A stretch of 64,000 bases of DNA from Gammaproteobacteria bacterium (lineage in GTDB: Bacteria; Pseudomonadota; Gammaproteobacteria; JBCCGL01): contig OZ255836.1 in the NCBI GenBank assembly GCA_965277715.1, positions 2,400,001-2,464,000 of the forward strand, given 5' to 3'. This document shows positions 63,882 through 64,000 of this stretch, piece by piece; the stretch's first letter is position 1; each line of letters opens with the position of its first letter. A model generated the notes under the pieces. It worked only from the letters and a program-made list of their open reading frames with translations. It ran no database searches and was not told where the DNA came from. The position numbers and the translations under genes are program-made.

Positions 63882-64000
63882 GTGAATATATTGGCCAAAG
63901 CTGGCATGAAATCGAGCATTTCTCTATCCCTTTAAAAAATGGCTGCACGCTCAGCGCCCGCGCATGGATGCCCACTAGCGCCGCAACGACCCCGGCGCCC

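Noticed and set aside
728-63919. Numerous short antisense or overlapping ORFs in the supplied track
   Set aside because: Shadow frames of well-supported genes without motifs or ribosome-binding sites

Overview
A mosaic, IS-rich 64 kb window from what looks like a gammaproteobacterium. The left part holds a HipBA-like toxin-antitoxin pair and a PD-(D/E)XK (Rpn-like) gene. Next come a broken cas6, a complete type III-B cmr1-6 operon with no CRISPR array, and a lone OleA/FabH-like gene; these sit together between two ~65-bp imperfect inverted repeats. A LysR-regulated HpaB/RidA/Rieske cluster, a peptidoglycan peptidase, uup and pirin follow. From 20.6 to 30.6 kb and from 40 to 57.4 kb the DNA is a patchwork of REP-associated-type HUH (Y1, RAYT-like) transposase copies and short captured segments. 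The captured segments include orphan immunity-like genes, Rhs tip/immunity pairs, a 7-attC integron array without integrase, and a duplicated pirin end. Most segment junctions fall on one motif, TGACCCC followed by a pyrimidine-rich linker, which is the terminal inverted repeat of the RAYT-like elements. An IS1111-type element (whose non-coding RNA region carries the complementary GGGGTCA) and an IS4-type MITE (11-bp duplication) both appear to target this same motif. A TOMM-type locus (FHA protein, kinase/cyclase/STAND fusion, two BMA_0021-like precursors, YcaO) lies between the patchworks. A large Rhs/YD gene and an EamA transporter close the window. The best candidate for an undescribed system is RAYT-end-mediated capture and arraying of toxin-tip and immunity genes. 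All family calls come from motif recognition, not database searches.
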